Assembly: GCA_965112735.1 (NCBI GenBank) | Contig: OZ218951.1 | Coordinates: forward strand, 3,906,001-3,970,000 | Reading direction: 5' to 3' | DNA length: 64,000 nt | DNA from: Phaeosaccion multiseriatum | Lineage: Eukaryota; Protista; Ochrophyta, other classes | In this document: positions 12,260 to 24,248 of the stretch, one piece after another | Numbering within the stretch: position 1 is the first letter of the stretch | Layout: the number at the start of each line of letters is the position of its first letter | The notes under the pieces: model-generated | Told to the model about the DNA's origin: nothing | Database searches by the model: none | The model's input: only the letters and a program-made list of their open reading frames with translations | Position numbers and translations under genes: made by a program

Positions 12260-13183
12260 ATGGGATCCAACAAAGAGGACAGTCGCTCGGGGAAGGGGAG
12301 ACCGAGGAAGGGGGGGCGCCGCGGGAAGGGTGAGAGCAGCAAAGCAGGGGAAACCGCCAAGGCGAGAGCTCCAGAGCAGCCTGAGAAGCCGCAGCCTACC
12401 AGCTTGCTTGGCGGAAACGGCAGCATCCGACCGACCGCACTGGAGAGTGAATGGCTTGGTGCAGGGGTGGGTGAGGGCAATGTCGCGGCCAGCAAGGGAG
12501 CTGAGGAAAAGGAAACGGTTGCCGTCCTCAGCTTGAATGAGGTGTCGTACGCTCGGGACTTGGAGTCGGTGAACAAGGCCTCCAAGGAGGCTGCTGGGGG
12601 GGAAAGGGGGGGTGGGGCACGAGGGGGTGACAAGGGGTCAGGAGGGGTGGACAAGCGACGCCGAAATGGCGCAAAGTCCTTGTCTGAGGAGGCCTTTGAC
12701 ACTCCGAGAGGTGCTTCCCGAAAGGGCACGCGCAGGGGCGGACGAGGCCGCGCGGAGAGCAGCAGCAGCAAGGTGGGGGCGGGGGCGGACAAGCAGCAGC
12801 AGCAGCAACAGCGTGGTGAGGGCAACCAAAAGGCGAGGCAGGGTTCTGCCAAGTACGACCATGAGCGCAATCGCCAGCAGCAGCAGGGCGGGAGGGGAGA
12901 GCGAAAATCGGTACCAATCACGGCAATTGCAACGAAGCCGCCTCCCGTCGTGCTTGTGAGCAGCGAGAACAACCGTCTCAACGCAGAAGCTCTGGAGTTT
13001 TGGGGGGAGAGGCTTTCTGCCCCACTTCCCTCCGGTCTGGGAGCCTCCGAGTTTGCTGAGAAGACGGACAGCGACCCCGCTTCCTCTCCTATCATGGGCA
13101 TGGGGTCTGAGGGAGACTGTGAGGCCAGCATCAATGGAGTCAACCCCAAGGCGCGCGCATGGGTGCCACGGGGAGTTTCGTAG
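12260..13183 (+). CDS. Low-complexity basic protein with two PAM2-like (PABP-interacting) motifs
   Basis: 307-aa single ORF with an ATG start, divergent from the kelch gene. Motifs NNRLNAEALEFWG and GVNPKARAWVPRG resemble the PAM2 consensus LNxxAxEFxP. Confidence 0.55.
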   Translation: MGSNKEDSRSGKGRPRKGGRRGKGESSKAGETAKARAPEQPEKPQPTSLLGGNGSIRPTALESEWLGAGVGEGNVAASKGAEEKETVAVLSLNEVSYARDLESVNKASKEAAGGERGGGARGGDKGSGGVDKRRRNGAKSLSEEAFDTPRGASRKGTRRGGRGRAESSSSKVGAGADKQQQQQQRGEGNQKARQGSAKYDHERNRQQQQGGRGERKSVPITAIATKPPPVVLVSSENNRLNAEALEFWGERLSAPLPSGLGASEFAEKTDSDPASSPIMGMGSEGDCEASINGVNPKARAWVPRGVS

Positions 13184-13863
13184 GTTTGTTTTGTGAGTGA
13201 GCACTTATCCAAGAATGAGGATTCAGCTGGTTTATTGGAGATCCAAGACGACAGCTTTTCGGAGAATCACGGCGTTTCGGGACACCAACACCATTGAGTG
13301 AGCAACACGCATGTCTCAAGCGGTTTCTGCAGCGGCCGTTTGGCCTTGGGCGTGGTGGAGCTCGCCAGTTCATGCGGGGGGAGTCGCAACTCCAACCCCA
13401 ATCCATACACGACAGCCTTGTTGGCACCTTCAAGTCGGGGCAGAGAGCGAGAGAAAGAGATAGAAGAGAGAAGAGAAGCGAGAGAGGGAGAGAGAGACTC
13501 CAATCGTGCCAGTGTACTACTGTGGCCAATGGCCAGCAGGACTGGGGAGACACTACATCCGTGTTCAAGGCTTCGGCCCGTTCCTCGACAAACGGTACCT
13601 CACCTACCTATACAGGGCATTGTTTCTCCACAACCACCATCAGGGGGGGAAGGTAGGCAGGGGATTCGGCGACCGCTGATACCTTTCCCGGTACATGAAT
13701 GGCCTTCCAGCTGTGTGCTTTGGAAGAGGCCTTTTGGAAAGGAAGCCGTGAGCCACCCAGGCGCTGGTCTGAGGAACGAAAGCTCCATCTACATCGCGTA
13801 TTTATAGAGGCATTAATTTGAGACGGGGAAGGGTCCTCCCCCCCGTACCAAGAGGATAATACA

Positions 13864-14755
13864 CTATTTCTTGCCTTTCTTCTTGCCCTTCTTTTTGCCG
13901 CTCTTTGAGCTGCTGTTTGCGGCCAGTGTCGCTTGTGCTTTTTGCTGCGAGGGGAGGTGGGGAGGACAAGAGGCAGCAAAGAACCAAGGGCGTGAACTTC
14001 AGTCCTATCCCCAAAAGCCCAACGAGCTGCCCGGCCAACGGAACTCACCTCCTCCTTTGCAGCCAGCGCGAGCCGCTCCTTCTCGTTCTTTATTCTCTCC
14101 TTTCTGCTCTCTAGCCCAGGGATCCTCCTGCCCATTTCCTTCATCAGAGCCATCTTGTTGGGCACTTCTGGGTTGCACACCTCGCCCGTCTCATCAATCA
14201 GCCGTACTCGTATCCGCCCTGTGATGTATGGCTCGCGGGAGTACCCCTTGTGCGGCTCCAGGATGTGCCATAGCTGAAAGTGTTTGCACACCTGAACAAA
14301 AATAACAAGCAGCGTAAGTCGTCGTCGAGTCTGAGAAGCTCCTGCATCCCCCTCCAGCATACCTCTGACAGGTCCGCCGCCACAGGATCTGAGCACGCCG
14401 TCTCTTTGGAGACTCTGCGACCCTGCTTTAGAGTCTTCCCTGCGTCAACATTGTTGGGCCAAATTACAAAATACCGACTCCAGTCCATCACCTTGACCGC
14501 AGCTGCATAGGGAGGGAGCAGAACAGGAGCACAGGGATCAGAGGCGCGAAGCTATTATCGGCGATTGTCGCCCTCAGCAGACCCCAAGCCAAGGCGCGCA
14601 CACTCACATGGTGGCCAAGCGAAGCGCATATTCTTGTTGGGAAGGTCTGGTAATGGAGGCATGTCCCCCATATTGGCCATGCTCTTCATGGCCGCCGCCA
14701 TGGGATTCTGCGGCGCCTTCTGCTGCTTTATAATTACTCGCCCCTGCTTCCCCAT
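13864..14755 (-). CDS. SRP19: Signal recognition particle 19 kDa protein (4 exons)
   Basis: YFVIWPNNVDAGKTLKQGRRVSKETAC.DP, EPHKGYSRE....GRIRVRL and NKMALMKEMGRRIP. Lysine-rich end KSGKKKGKKKGKK* (TAG at 13864-13866). Confidence 0.92.
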
Positions 14756-15223
14756 GATGAACGCGTTTCCCTCAACAGATACCACTGACCACGGCGGCCT
14801 TCTCTCCGGCTCCTTCTGCTGCTTCCGCTCGTGGCCCCGATGGAAGTGGTGGTGGTGCTGCTACTGGTGTGTGCTGGCGCTGGTGTGTGTGATACAAGCT
14901 CGTCCTGTAGTTGGTAGGCGGGGTGGGTGGTCGCCAAGTTTGGAGCACCAACGTGCATCCCCGGGGGCCCTTGGCACACCGACGGCCAATAGAACCCAAC
15001 CACAGAAAGAGCGCCGCTGAGCAAGCAATATCGAGCCGCAGGAGATCGAAGCGGAGAGCAGACAGGGAGGAGTAGAAGCAGGCTTGACGTGGGCGAAGGG
15101 AGTAGGAGAATAAAAGATCGGCAGCAGAAACAGGGGGGGGACTTCTCCACCCCCCATAGTATTTGAATCGCCCACCTCCACTTACACCACCAGCCGGAGA
15201 GGCGAGCAGCAGCAACAGCAGGA

Positions 15224-18200
15224 ATGTCTGCTGCTCCGCCGCCCACTTCCGAGGTGGCTGTCAAGGCCTCGCCGGAAGAGGTGGCGAGACACGCAGCGTC
15301 GGTAAGTGGGCCTCAGCTTTTGAATTTGGGGTGTGGAGAACACAGAGCAATGATGACAATATGATCCCAGCTCACTACGAGTCCCCCTGCAAAACGCGGG
15401 GCCGGGCGATGTAGAGAATAACTGTTTCCTGTTTTACTGAGCTCTCTTCCTTCCTTTGCTGTCTTTAGTCTTGTAGCTGTGTGGCCTCGCCTTCTCCTGG
15501 CCAGTCAGTGTGCCCGTAACTCCTTCCATCAACTAACTCTCTCTCCGGAAGAAGAGCTATGATGACAATATGATCCCAGCTCACTACGAGTCCGCCCGCA
15601 AAATGCGGGGCCGGGCGATGTAGAGAATAACTGTTTCCTGTTTAACTGAGCGCTCTTCCTTCCAGTCTATATTCTTTCGGCCGCCGTGTCTTTTCTCGCC
15701 TTCGTCCTGACCAGTCAGTGCCCCTAAGCTCGCACCCCTCCCTCTCCACCCCCCTCGCCCCCCGCTCTCTCTGCCTTCATTCCCAAACAAAGCTGCAAGA
15801 CAACCCCGGAGCCTTAGAAAGTCTGCTCCTGCTATGTACAGACGCCACCCAAGTAAAGTATACAGAAGATGTGCTTAAGCAATACACCAAATCGCCCAGC
15901 AGCGTGACAGGCCTGCTGCAGCAGCTGCGCTCCAGCCAGCATATAGAGGTACGCATGCAGAGTGCCGTCCTGCTGAGAAGACGCATGGTGCGCCACTGGG
16001 AAGCCTTCACCGTTCCACAGCAGAATGAGATTAAGGCCGCAGTACTTGGCGCGATTGACGTGGAGGTGGAGCGGACTGTGAGGAATCAAATCGCCGCCAT
16101 CATGGCGCAATTGGCGGAGCAGCTGTTTGATGTGGACGGTAACACTCCCGGATGGTAAGTCGTGTGTCATGGGGGGCAGTGCCCTCCTTCTTTGACCTCC
16201 CGCGTTGAACCGGCTGCGCATCTCCCGTGTCCATATCATCGTCCTCAAATCTTCTGTGTCCATTCCCCTCCTTACGAATGGCTGTATCAGGACGGAGCTG
16301 CTCGTGTACGTGAATCAGTGCGCGCAGAGCCCAGATGAGGGCCGCAGAGAGTTGGCCTTTGTTATCCTGTTGGAGATGGAGGAGGTGGTGGCGAGCTGTA
16401 TGAAGCAGCACCTGGGCAGCCTCAAGAGCCTCTTCCTCACTGCTCTGGCGGACCCCTCATCCAAGGTGCAGGTCAAGGCCCTCACGGCTGCCACGGCGCT
16501 CCTGCGGTCCTTGTCCTTCGAGAAGGAGGCCCTCATGTTCAAGGTGAGGGCGCGCACCACGGCACGGCACAGCTTTTCCTTTTCCTTTTCCACAAGGCGA
16601 GGGCGGATGGGGGTGGGGGGGGGGGGGGGATGCTAAGCTTGCTGATGAACGGAGTACTTGACCTGATACCTTACTCTACCCTGCCCTACCCCATCCACCC
16701 CCTTTGTCTCGCAGGAATTGATTCCTCCGTCAATAGTAGGAGCCAAGGCGTGCCTGGCCAGGAACGACGAAGACGCCGTGCTGCACATCCTCGATGTCTT
16801 CTCCGACCTTGCGCAGTCGAACCTGCCCCTCATCAACAACCAAAACGTCAGCGACGTGATCATGCTCACGCTGGAGATTGTTCGAAACGAGAATTTAGAA
16901 ATCAGCACACGTGACGCGGCCACAATGGTGCTCTGCACGCTGGCGGAGGCCAAGCCGCGGCTCCTGTGCAGGACCAGACACGTGCCCCTCATTCTGCAGA
17001 ACATGATGGAGCTCATCGCGGCGCACGAGGGGTCGGTTTCGTCCTGTCTGTACACGCTCCAGCCTCTGCGGGGAGACCTCCAGGATGGCGAGGGCAACGA
17101 CGACGACGAAGACGAGGGTGATGACGGGGAGGAGCGCAACACGCACAGTATCGCGCAGGCCTGCCTCGACTGCTTCGCGCTGAACCTGCCCACCAAGCAC
17201 GTGTTCCAGCCGTGCATGGAGCTGTGCTCGCAGGGACTGGCGAGCAGCAACATGCAGATGCGCAAGGCGGGCGTTGCTGTGCTGGGGGTGATTGTGGAGG
17301 GCTGCTGGGAGCCCATGAAGGCGGTGTTACCGGACGTGCTGCCCAAGATTCTGCAGGTGCGTGTGTGTTTTTTTGTGCGACAGTTTTCTCCTCCTCGCCA
17401 CTCTGTACTTTCCGTGAGCTCCGAGCCCCGTCCTCCTCACTCGCCTTTTTCTTCTTCTGTGTGGCACTGCAACCGCAGGTGGCAGGAGATACCGAACCCT
17501 TGGTGCGCGAGTGCGCTTGCTTCGCGCTCGGGCAGTTCTCCGAGCATTGCCAGCCTGAGATCCTGGACTACCACACGGAGGTGCTGCCCGTGGTGTTCAC
17601 GCTGCTGGACGATGCCACCGATGCCGTGAAGGGCATTTCTTGCTACGTGTTGGAGAATTTCTGCGAGAATCTCGAGCCGGAAACCATTGGCCCCTTTTTG
17701 GACCCTCTCATGCAGCGCCTGGTGACCATGCTGCAGACGCCCAAGCGCTCTGTGCAGGAGATGTCCGTGGCGGCCATTGCAGCCACCGCCATCGCCGCGG
17801 AGGAGTCCTTCCTGCCCTACCTCAAGGGGGTCTCGGAGATGATGGGGCAGATGCTCACCATCTCCGAGAACGCCCGCATGCTATCTCTCCGAGGAAGAGC
17901 CTTGGAGTGTATGGGCCACATTGCCCTGGCGGTAGGGAAGGAGTCCTTCCGACCATACGTGGAACCCTGTGTCATGTGCGCCTTCGGCGGCATGACGCTG
18001 AGAGACCCACAGGGGGCGGAGATTGTGGAGCTGCACGAGTACGCGTACGCCTTCTTTGCTAACCTGTCCAAGGTGTTGGGGGAGGACATGGCCCCGCTGC
18101 TTGAGAAGCTCGTGCCCTGCTTGTGCGAGGTCATCACAGAGGACTCGCCTTTCGTGGACGTGAGTTGAGAGTGAGCGTTGAAGTGAATGAGTGGGTGTTG

Positions 18201-19901
18201 AGAGTGAGTGTTGATTTTGAATATGTCTTGCTTGCTCCAGACTCAACTAAAGGCCTGCCCTACTTGTTGATGCATGCTGCTCTCTCTCTCTCTCTCTCTC
18301 TCTTCATTCGTCTTGGTCTTTCCTTTCACACAGGCGGACGAACTGAACATCGAGGAGGAAGGGGCCGACATGGAGGCCCTTCAGCGTATGCTGCAGCGAG
18401 TCACGACAGGCGACTCAGACAAGCAGAAGGGAGCCATGGTGGCTCTGGCCAGCCTCGAGGAGCATTGCCCCATGCACTTTGGCGGTTACATTGAGCCCGT
18501 CATGAGCGCCCTGCAACACGCCATGAAGCTGGACTGGATGACAGAGCTCCGCATGCAGTTGTGTACGGCTTTGCGGCACATGGTGGGCGTGTCGGTGGCG
18601 CTGTGGCCCCCAGGCCCGTGGCAGAAGGGCGTCGTGGGAGCTCTGCCCCCGCAGGTGTGTGGACATGTGGATCTATGTGTGGGTGTGTGGGTGAGACAGA
18701 AAAAGAAGGCGAGGGGAGCTTTTTTTGAAGGGGCCAAAGGAGAGGAAGTAACTCGTTCTCTCAGAACGAAAACTCACCTGACCTTCTCTCTTCTCCCCAC
18801 CCCTGCCACTCTTGGCTTGCTTTGCCATTGCCCGCCGGTGCGAACTATCAGGTGGGTCAGCTGACGTCTGTGATCATGGACATGCTCATGACAATGGTGC
18901 AAGACGATCAGGAGACGGCCACCGTCGCGGCAGCCCTCGAGGCCCTGCAGGGGGTGGTAGAGGAAGTCGGTCCCGCGGCACTTCAGCCCGTCGCGCAGCC
19001 GCTGGCAGAGCTCGTGCTGCGGATACTCAGGGAGGAGGCTCCCTGTCAGGAACACGTGCCGGAGGAGGAGGAGGGGGAGGAAGAGGAGGAGGAGGAGGCG
19101 GGCGCGAACCGAGAGGGCGCCTTGTTTGAGGTGCTTGGCGATGTGATTGCGGCCATGTCCAAGGTCATGTCACCAGAAGAGTTTTTGCCCTTCTTTAGGG
19201 TCTTCTTCCCGGAGCTCATATCCAAGCATGCCCGAGGCAGCCGGCCGAGCATCAACAGAGCCATGGCAGCGGGTGCGGCGGCGGATGCACTCAACTCATT
19301 AGGCCCACTGGGGAAGGAGTTCATCGCGCCCCTGCTCCCCGTGGTGAAGCGAGGGCTGGCAGACGGAGACAAGGGGGTGAGGTGCAACGCGGCCTTCCTG
19401 GCAGGAGTCATGGTGCAGTCTGCAGGGGAGAGCGCCGTTCCCCACTTTATGGAGCTGCTGCAGGCGCTGGCCCCCATCTTCCAGACGGGAGATGACAAGC
19501 CCTCTTCCGTCAAGGACAATGCTGCAGCAGCGGTGGCTCGATTTATCCTCGTGTCGCCCCCCAGCGTCCCCTTGGCGCAAGTGGTGCCGGTCATCCTCGG
19601 CCTCATGCCTCTGCAGAAGGACGCGTCGGAGAACGAGTCGGTGTACAAATGCGTGCTGCAGCTGCTGCTGGCCAAGCAACCCGACGTCTTGACGACCATG
19701 CTGCCCCAGGTCATGAGCGTGTGTGCTCGGGCGCTGCCCGATGGGAGCGGCGTGTCGGAGGAGCTGAAGAAGTACATCCTGGAGTCGCTCAAGACTGCGG
19801 CGGCGGACGGCTCTTCGAAGGCCATGGAGCAGGCCATGGCACAGCTGCCGCCCGCGGAGCAGCAGACATTGGTGGGGGCCTTGGCGCAAGCAGGCTCATA
19901 G
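15224..19901 (+). CDS. IPO4: Importin-4 / Kap123-like karyopherin beta (multi-exon, HEAT repeats)
   Basis: Exon 1 (15224-15301, MSAAPP...RHAAS) splices in phase 0 to 15793. IBN_N motif VRMQSAVLLRRR. Further motifs: VRECACFALGQFSEHCQPEI, LRGRALECMGHIALAVGKE, LHEYAYAFFANL, VRCNAAF, VKDNAAAAVARFI and MPLQKDASEN. Confidence 0.9.
15344..15445 (+). ncRNA. Box C/D snoRNA copy 1 (SNORD29/snR71-like), in importin-4 intron 1
   Basis: Terminal stem AGAGC/GCTCT, box C ATGATGA (15350-15356), guide CCCAGCTCAC followed by T-ACGA (D'-like), internal hairpin, box D CTGA (15437-15440). The guide is complementary to the conserved LSU rRNA motif GUGAGCUGGG. Confidence 0.85.
15551..15658 (+). ncRNA. Box C/D snoRNA copy 2 (paralogue of copy 1)
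   Basis: Terminal stem GAAGAGC/GCTCTTC, box C ATGATGA (15559-15565), identical guide, box D CTGA (15646-15649). The few differences from copy 1 fall mostly in the internal hairpin. Confidence 0.85.
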
Positions 19902-20179
19902 CAGCATCACAACAGCACAATGTAGGCTAAAGCTTCATGTAACAATTTTCAACGTCCCTTGTCCCTTTCTCGACCCCTGACGCCGATAGCGGATAGCACG
20001 CCCCCACAACCCCCCCCCCCCCCCCAAAGCGGGCTGGCGCTGGTGAGATACACCACACCTCTCTTGTTACTTTTAGGCAAAACCATAGATGGCACTTCAA
20101 GTGTGTAATATTTGGGGGGGGGTTGGCCCAGAGGGCAGAAAGAGGCACGAGTTTACGCGCTCCAAGGGAAAACGCAGCG

Positions 20180-22373
20180 ATGGCTGTAGTACATGCTTCG
20201 GGTGGTGAGGGTGCCTCGAAGCTGCAGGACCGAGAAAGGCAGAAGAAAAGGAGGGAGGATGTCAAACGGCTGGGCGAAGATAGATTTGTCCGTTTGGCGA
20301 GGGAGTGTGAATTCAAGAAGGCGCTGCTAAAGCTGCTGTGCAAGTACCCTCGTAAGAACAGGGCACAGGTGGTTGAGATGCTGGTGCTTTATGGGCTTCG
20401 CTCGCTTCTGTCATCGTACAATCTGGATGAGCTGCAGGACATATCGGTGCGTGCGAAGAGTGAAGCCTTTGCTCGCTCAGCCCCCTCTCAGCAGCCGATG
20501 ATGTTTATTATGAACACCTGCCTTTGCTCTTGTACCGCCTCCCCCATAGACTCTGAATGCGGTAACCTTTTCTGCCCGGGAAGAGGCGGTCCTGGTGCTT
20601 GAAGCCGAGGCCAAGAACAAGGAATCGTACAAGCATGGAATCAGCAAAGGAGGACATGGCAGGAAGCCCGGCCACGACAAGGTACGCCATAAATGCGTCC
20701 TTTTGACCTGCACGTCCCTACACGCACTGAACAAGCCCCCTTTTCCGTGCAACGTTCTCGCTCCGTGAATCAGGGAGAGGTGGCCAGCAGCACCTGCAGC
20801 AACAGCGTGTTCACCGAGGGAGGGCGCAACTACAAGGATCTGATGATGGAAATCACGCCGCGCCCGGATGTGCTACAGAAGTTCCCATTCGTAGACCGGC
20901 AGGGAGGAGTCAGCGGTGTTCTGTGTAGCGTCCAGCCGCCCCCCGCGGTGTACTTGCTGGCCAAGAGAGAGATCCGGCGCTTGGCGGAGGTAAGGCTGAG
21001 CTCGGCTGCAGCTCAGCCTCAGCTCAGAGAAGCCTAGCCCAGCAATGCGGCCTTCTTTGCACATCCACTCCTAAATGCTGCTGTTACTGCTTTTCCCTTT
21101 CATGCCCTTACTGCTGCTGCTGCTGCTGCTGCTGCTCTCGCCCTAGGCGAGGTTCAGAGACTTCAAACGGACCTCGCGAGGCATTCACGTGGTTGACGTG
21201 GTGCCCGCTCTGCAAGCCCTCTTTGGGGGCGACTCGGCCTCTCCGCTCAACGACGAGGATGCAAAGGTCAACACTGGAGGACAAGGACAAGGACAAGGCT
21301 TCCTGCGCACGTCTCTCTTGCGTGACCTGGCCAGTGAGGTGCTGCCTCCCTCGCTCCGAGCAGCTGCCTGCAGAGACCCCAGCGTGTGGAGCGTTGTGGA
21401 GGAGGGCGAGAAGAAGGACTTTCCAGGGCAGGGCGGGGACGGACTGTCTCCTCATTCCACCACAAGCGGCAGCACCATAGGCGTGCACAACCGGGCCGGG
21501 CAGGGGGCCGGGTATGGCAAGACCTCGCTGGACCCTGACGCTGTGCTCGACCTGGACAAGTGGCTCCTTGTGGTGCATCATGTGGTGCTGCGGCTGCGGC
21601 AGCTGGGGACAGCCGGCCGGTGGGCAGAGGGGGGGCTTCCTGATGATGACGGGCACCAGCACCTCTACCAAAGGCGAGAGGAAGACGGAGATGATTGGGA
21701 AGGGCTGTCGCTGCGGTATTCCGAGGAGGGGGACCAGCCCGCGGGGCGCAGCAGTGTCTGCAGCAGGTGAGCGAGTTTAGGCCAAACGAAACGAAGTTTC
21801 TTCGCTTGATCACCTGAGAAATGAACGTCCATCCGTCCGCCTATCCCGTGATGTGTGTTCCCACCTCTCACAGCGAGGAAAGCTACCTCCTCTCCCGCGT
21901 AGGCGGTGAGAGAAGGAGAGGGAGGGATGTCCGCGTGAGGGAGGGCCATGGCCATCTGGAGCAGCGAAGGAGTCGGGAGAGGCGGCCACGCTCGGCACCT
22001 CGCCCTGGTACGCGACCCGCAGGCATGTACCAAGCGGTTCCTGCCCCACACGAGGCCGTCATGAAGCACCACCAGCAGCAGCAGCGAAGAGGAGGGCGGG
22101 GGGGGGGCAGGGGGGAGCATGGAGGAGGAGGAGGAGGAGGAGGAGGAGGAGGAGGAGGAGGAGGAGTTGGGCGGCGAGGCGGGGCAGCAAGGAAGGAGAG
22201 GGTCTCCAAGCCCGTGTGCGCCAATGTAACGTCCAAGATTAAGGAGCAGGTTGTTGCAGATAGGAACTTTGCCCGCCGAGAGGCCGCCCTCCAGAGGCGC
22301 AGTGTGCAGGACGCGTCTGCTCGGGTTAGGCTCGAGAGGTATGAACGGGAGAGGCTCGCGCTGCAGAGGGAGA

Positions 22374-22405
<32 letters not shown>

Positions 22406-23026
22406 GAGGAGGAGGAGGTGCGGCGAAGGAGGGCTCGAGCCGCGCTAAGGCACGGGAAGACGAGTGGAGAGTACGCACTCGATGTGGCTGACGCCTTCCT
22501 TGACTCGCCCCTTATGGGACGAATGGCAGGAGGAGGATGGAACGACGGGGGAGGAGGGGATGCGCATCATGGCAATAGTGCAAGCAGTGATCTTCGGGGG
22601 TATCAAGCAGCAGCGTTTCAGTCAGATACTTCAGTACGGGGAGAGGGGGACGGCGCAACAACGAGGAGCAGCGGCGCCAACAGCCTCGGCCTCAAGAACT
22701 TTGACATTCACTTGAACTCCAGGAGGGGAGGAGGAGCAAGAGATAGGCCTAGGGAAAGGAGAAGGGACTACTCGGGGTGGGTGGGAGACTTTGGGAACTT
22801 CGGCGGGGGGAATCTCAAGCCTGGGGCAGCAGACCGACAGCAGCAGAGCAACGACAAAGATAAGGAGAGCGCAGAGAGGAAGCAACAGAGCAACGACGAA
22901 GGCAAGGAGAGGGCAGTAAGGGATGAGCAGGAGGACAGAGTGGAGCAGATACTACGGAAGTACTCCTTCTCTCCTGTTGGAGAGGGGCAGGGGGGAGGCG
23001 GCATCGAACAAGAACAGGAAGGCTGA
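20180..23026 (+). CDS. Hypothetical protein (about 5 exons), function unknown
   Basis: Exons are about 20180-20446, 20530-20681, 20774-20990, 21147-21767 and 21874-23026, with GT-AG borders and coding-like composition. No family recognised. Confidence 0.5.
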
Positions 23027-24248
23027 GACGACGACCAGTAGCAGGAGCAGCAGCAGGAGTAGCATCACTATTTAAGACCTGCATTGCTTTTTTTTGCAAA
23101 CTACAAAGATTGCTTGTGCACCCCGCTGACACACTATTGCGTGTTCCGTCTTTCGATAGTGCGCTATCTGCCCCCTGGCACCACTACTACCACTACTACC
23201 ACTACTAGCTCATGACATGCGCCCCGTCCGTATGGGATCATCTCACAAGCCCAAGCCCTAGCAAGAGTCCAAGAAGGCACCCGTCAATGAGTCATTTGCT
23301 CAAATCGTAGCGCGCCCGCTCTCGCCGGTGATGGCGACCGCGTAATAGCGTGCCACGGATATATATTATATATTCGGTGCTTTCGGCGTGGCACGACAAG
23401 TCTGAATGTGCTCAGTCAACTGCAGCACTTTGCGTCACCAGCAGCAGCAGCGCTCAGTAGAGAGACGAGGCCTCCACGTAGTGCTCTGCCATCTTGAGCA
23501 GATTGAGTAGCACAGCAGAGCAGCAGAGCGGCAAAGCGGCAGGGCCCGAGGCATTGGGACTAAACACGTCGCTGTCTCCTCATGGCGCACCCGCCCAGGA
23601 GGGAAGGTAGGAAGGTGCCATCCGTCAGAGTCTTAGGGGCGCGTGGAAGCGCCTCAACACAACCACCCATCCATCGTCGACACAGCGCACCAAGTACTGC
23701 CCTCATCTCTCAAGCTCTCTTTCCACAAGTCAGAGCATCAGAGCAGTACTAGGATGACAATGTGCGGTGGAGAGTGTGGTGTAGTGTGGTGCCTCTTGAC
23801 CCCTTGACTTCTTGACACTCCCCTCCTCCAGCGGTGCTCGCCAATGGGTGGTGCTCAGGAGCTCAGGAGCTCAGCTGGTCGTTTTTCAAAGTTCAAAAGG
23901 GCATACTAGCGTGTCGTATCGGGCACTTGCATGCACATCAGCACTTGCACACACGGCCTGGCTCCCGCCAAGAGAACAAGCGCCATCCTTGTGGATTCAT
24001 TCGTGACAGCCCCTTGTTTTTGCGGTAGGATAGCAGCGTTCTGATAACCATGCTTGGGGTGTGTTTGCTTGGCGTGCTTCCATGTTGGCTCTCGGCGCCT
24101 CGGCGAGTTGGCTTTGGCTGAGCGGGAAAGCACGCGTAGAGACCAAGGCCTCGAACGCAACCCCCCGCCTCCAATTAACTCCTCGTGTGTGTGGAGTTGC
24201 CAGTGGCCTCCCCTCCCCCACCATCACTCACAGTCTGAACGACGATCA

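Noticed and set aside
11980-13212. 410-aa minus-strand ORF
   Set aside because: Antisense shadow of the + strand ORF that carries the PAM2-like motifs; no recognisable features.
23219-23405. U3-like words (GGGATCATCTC ... GTCTGA)
   Set aside because: Boxes B, C and C' are not convincingly present and the spacing does not fit U3.
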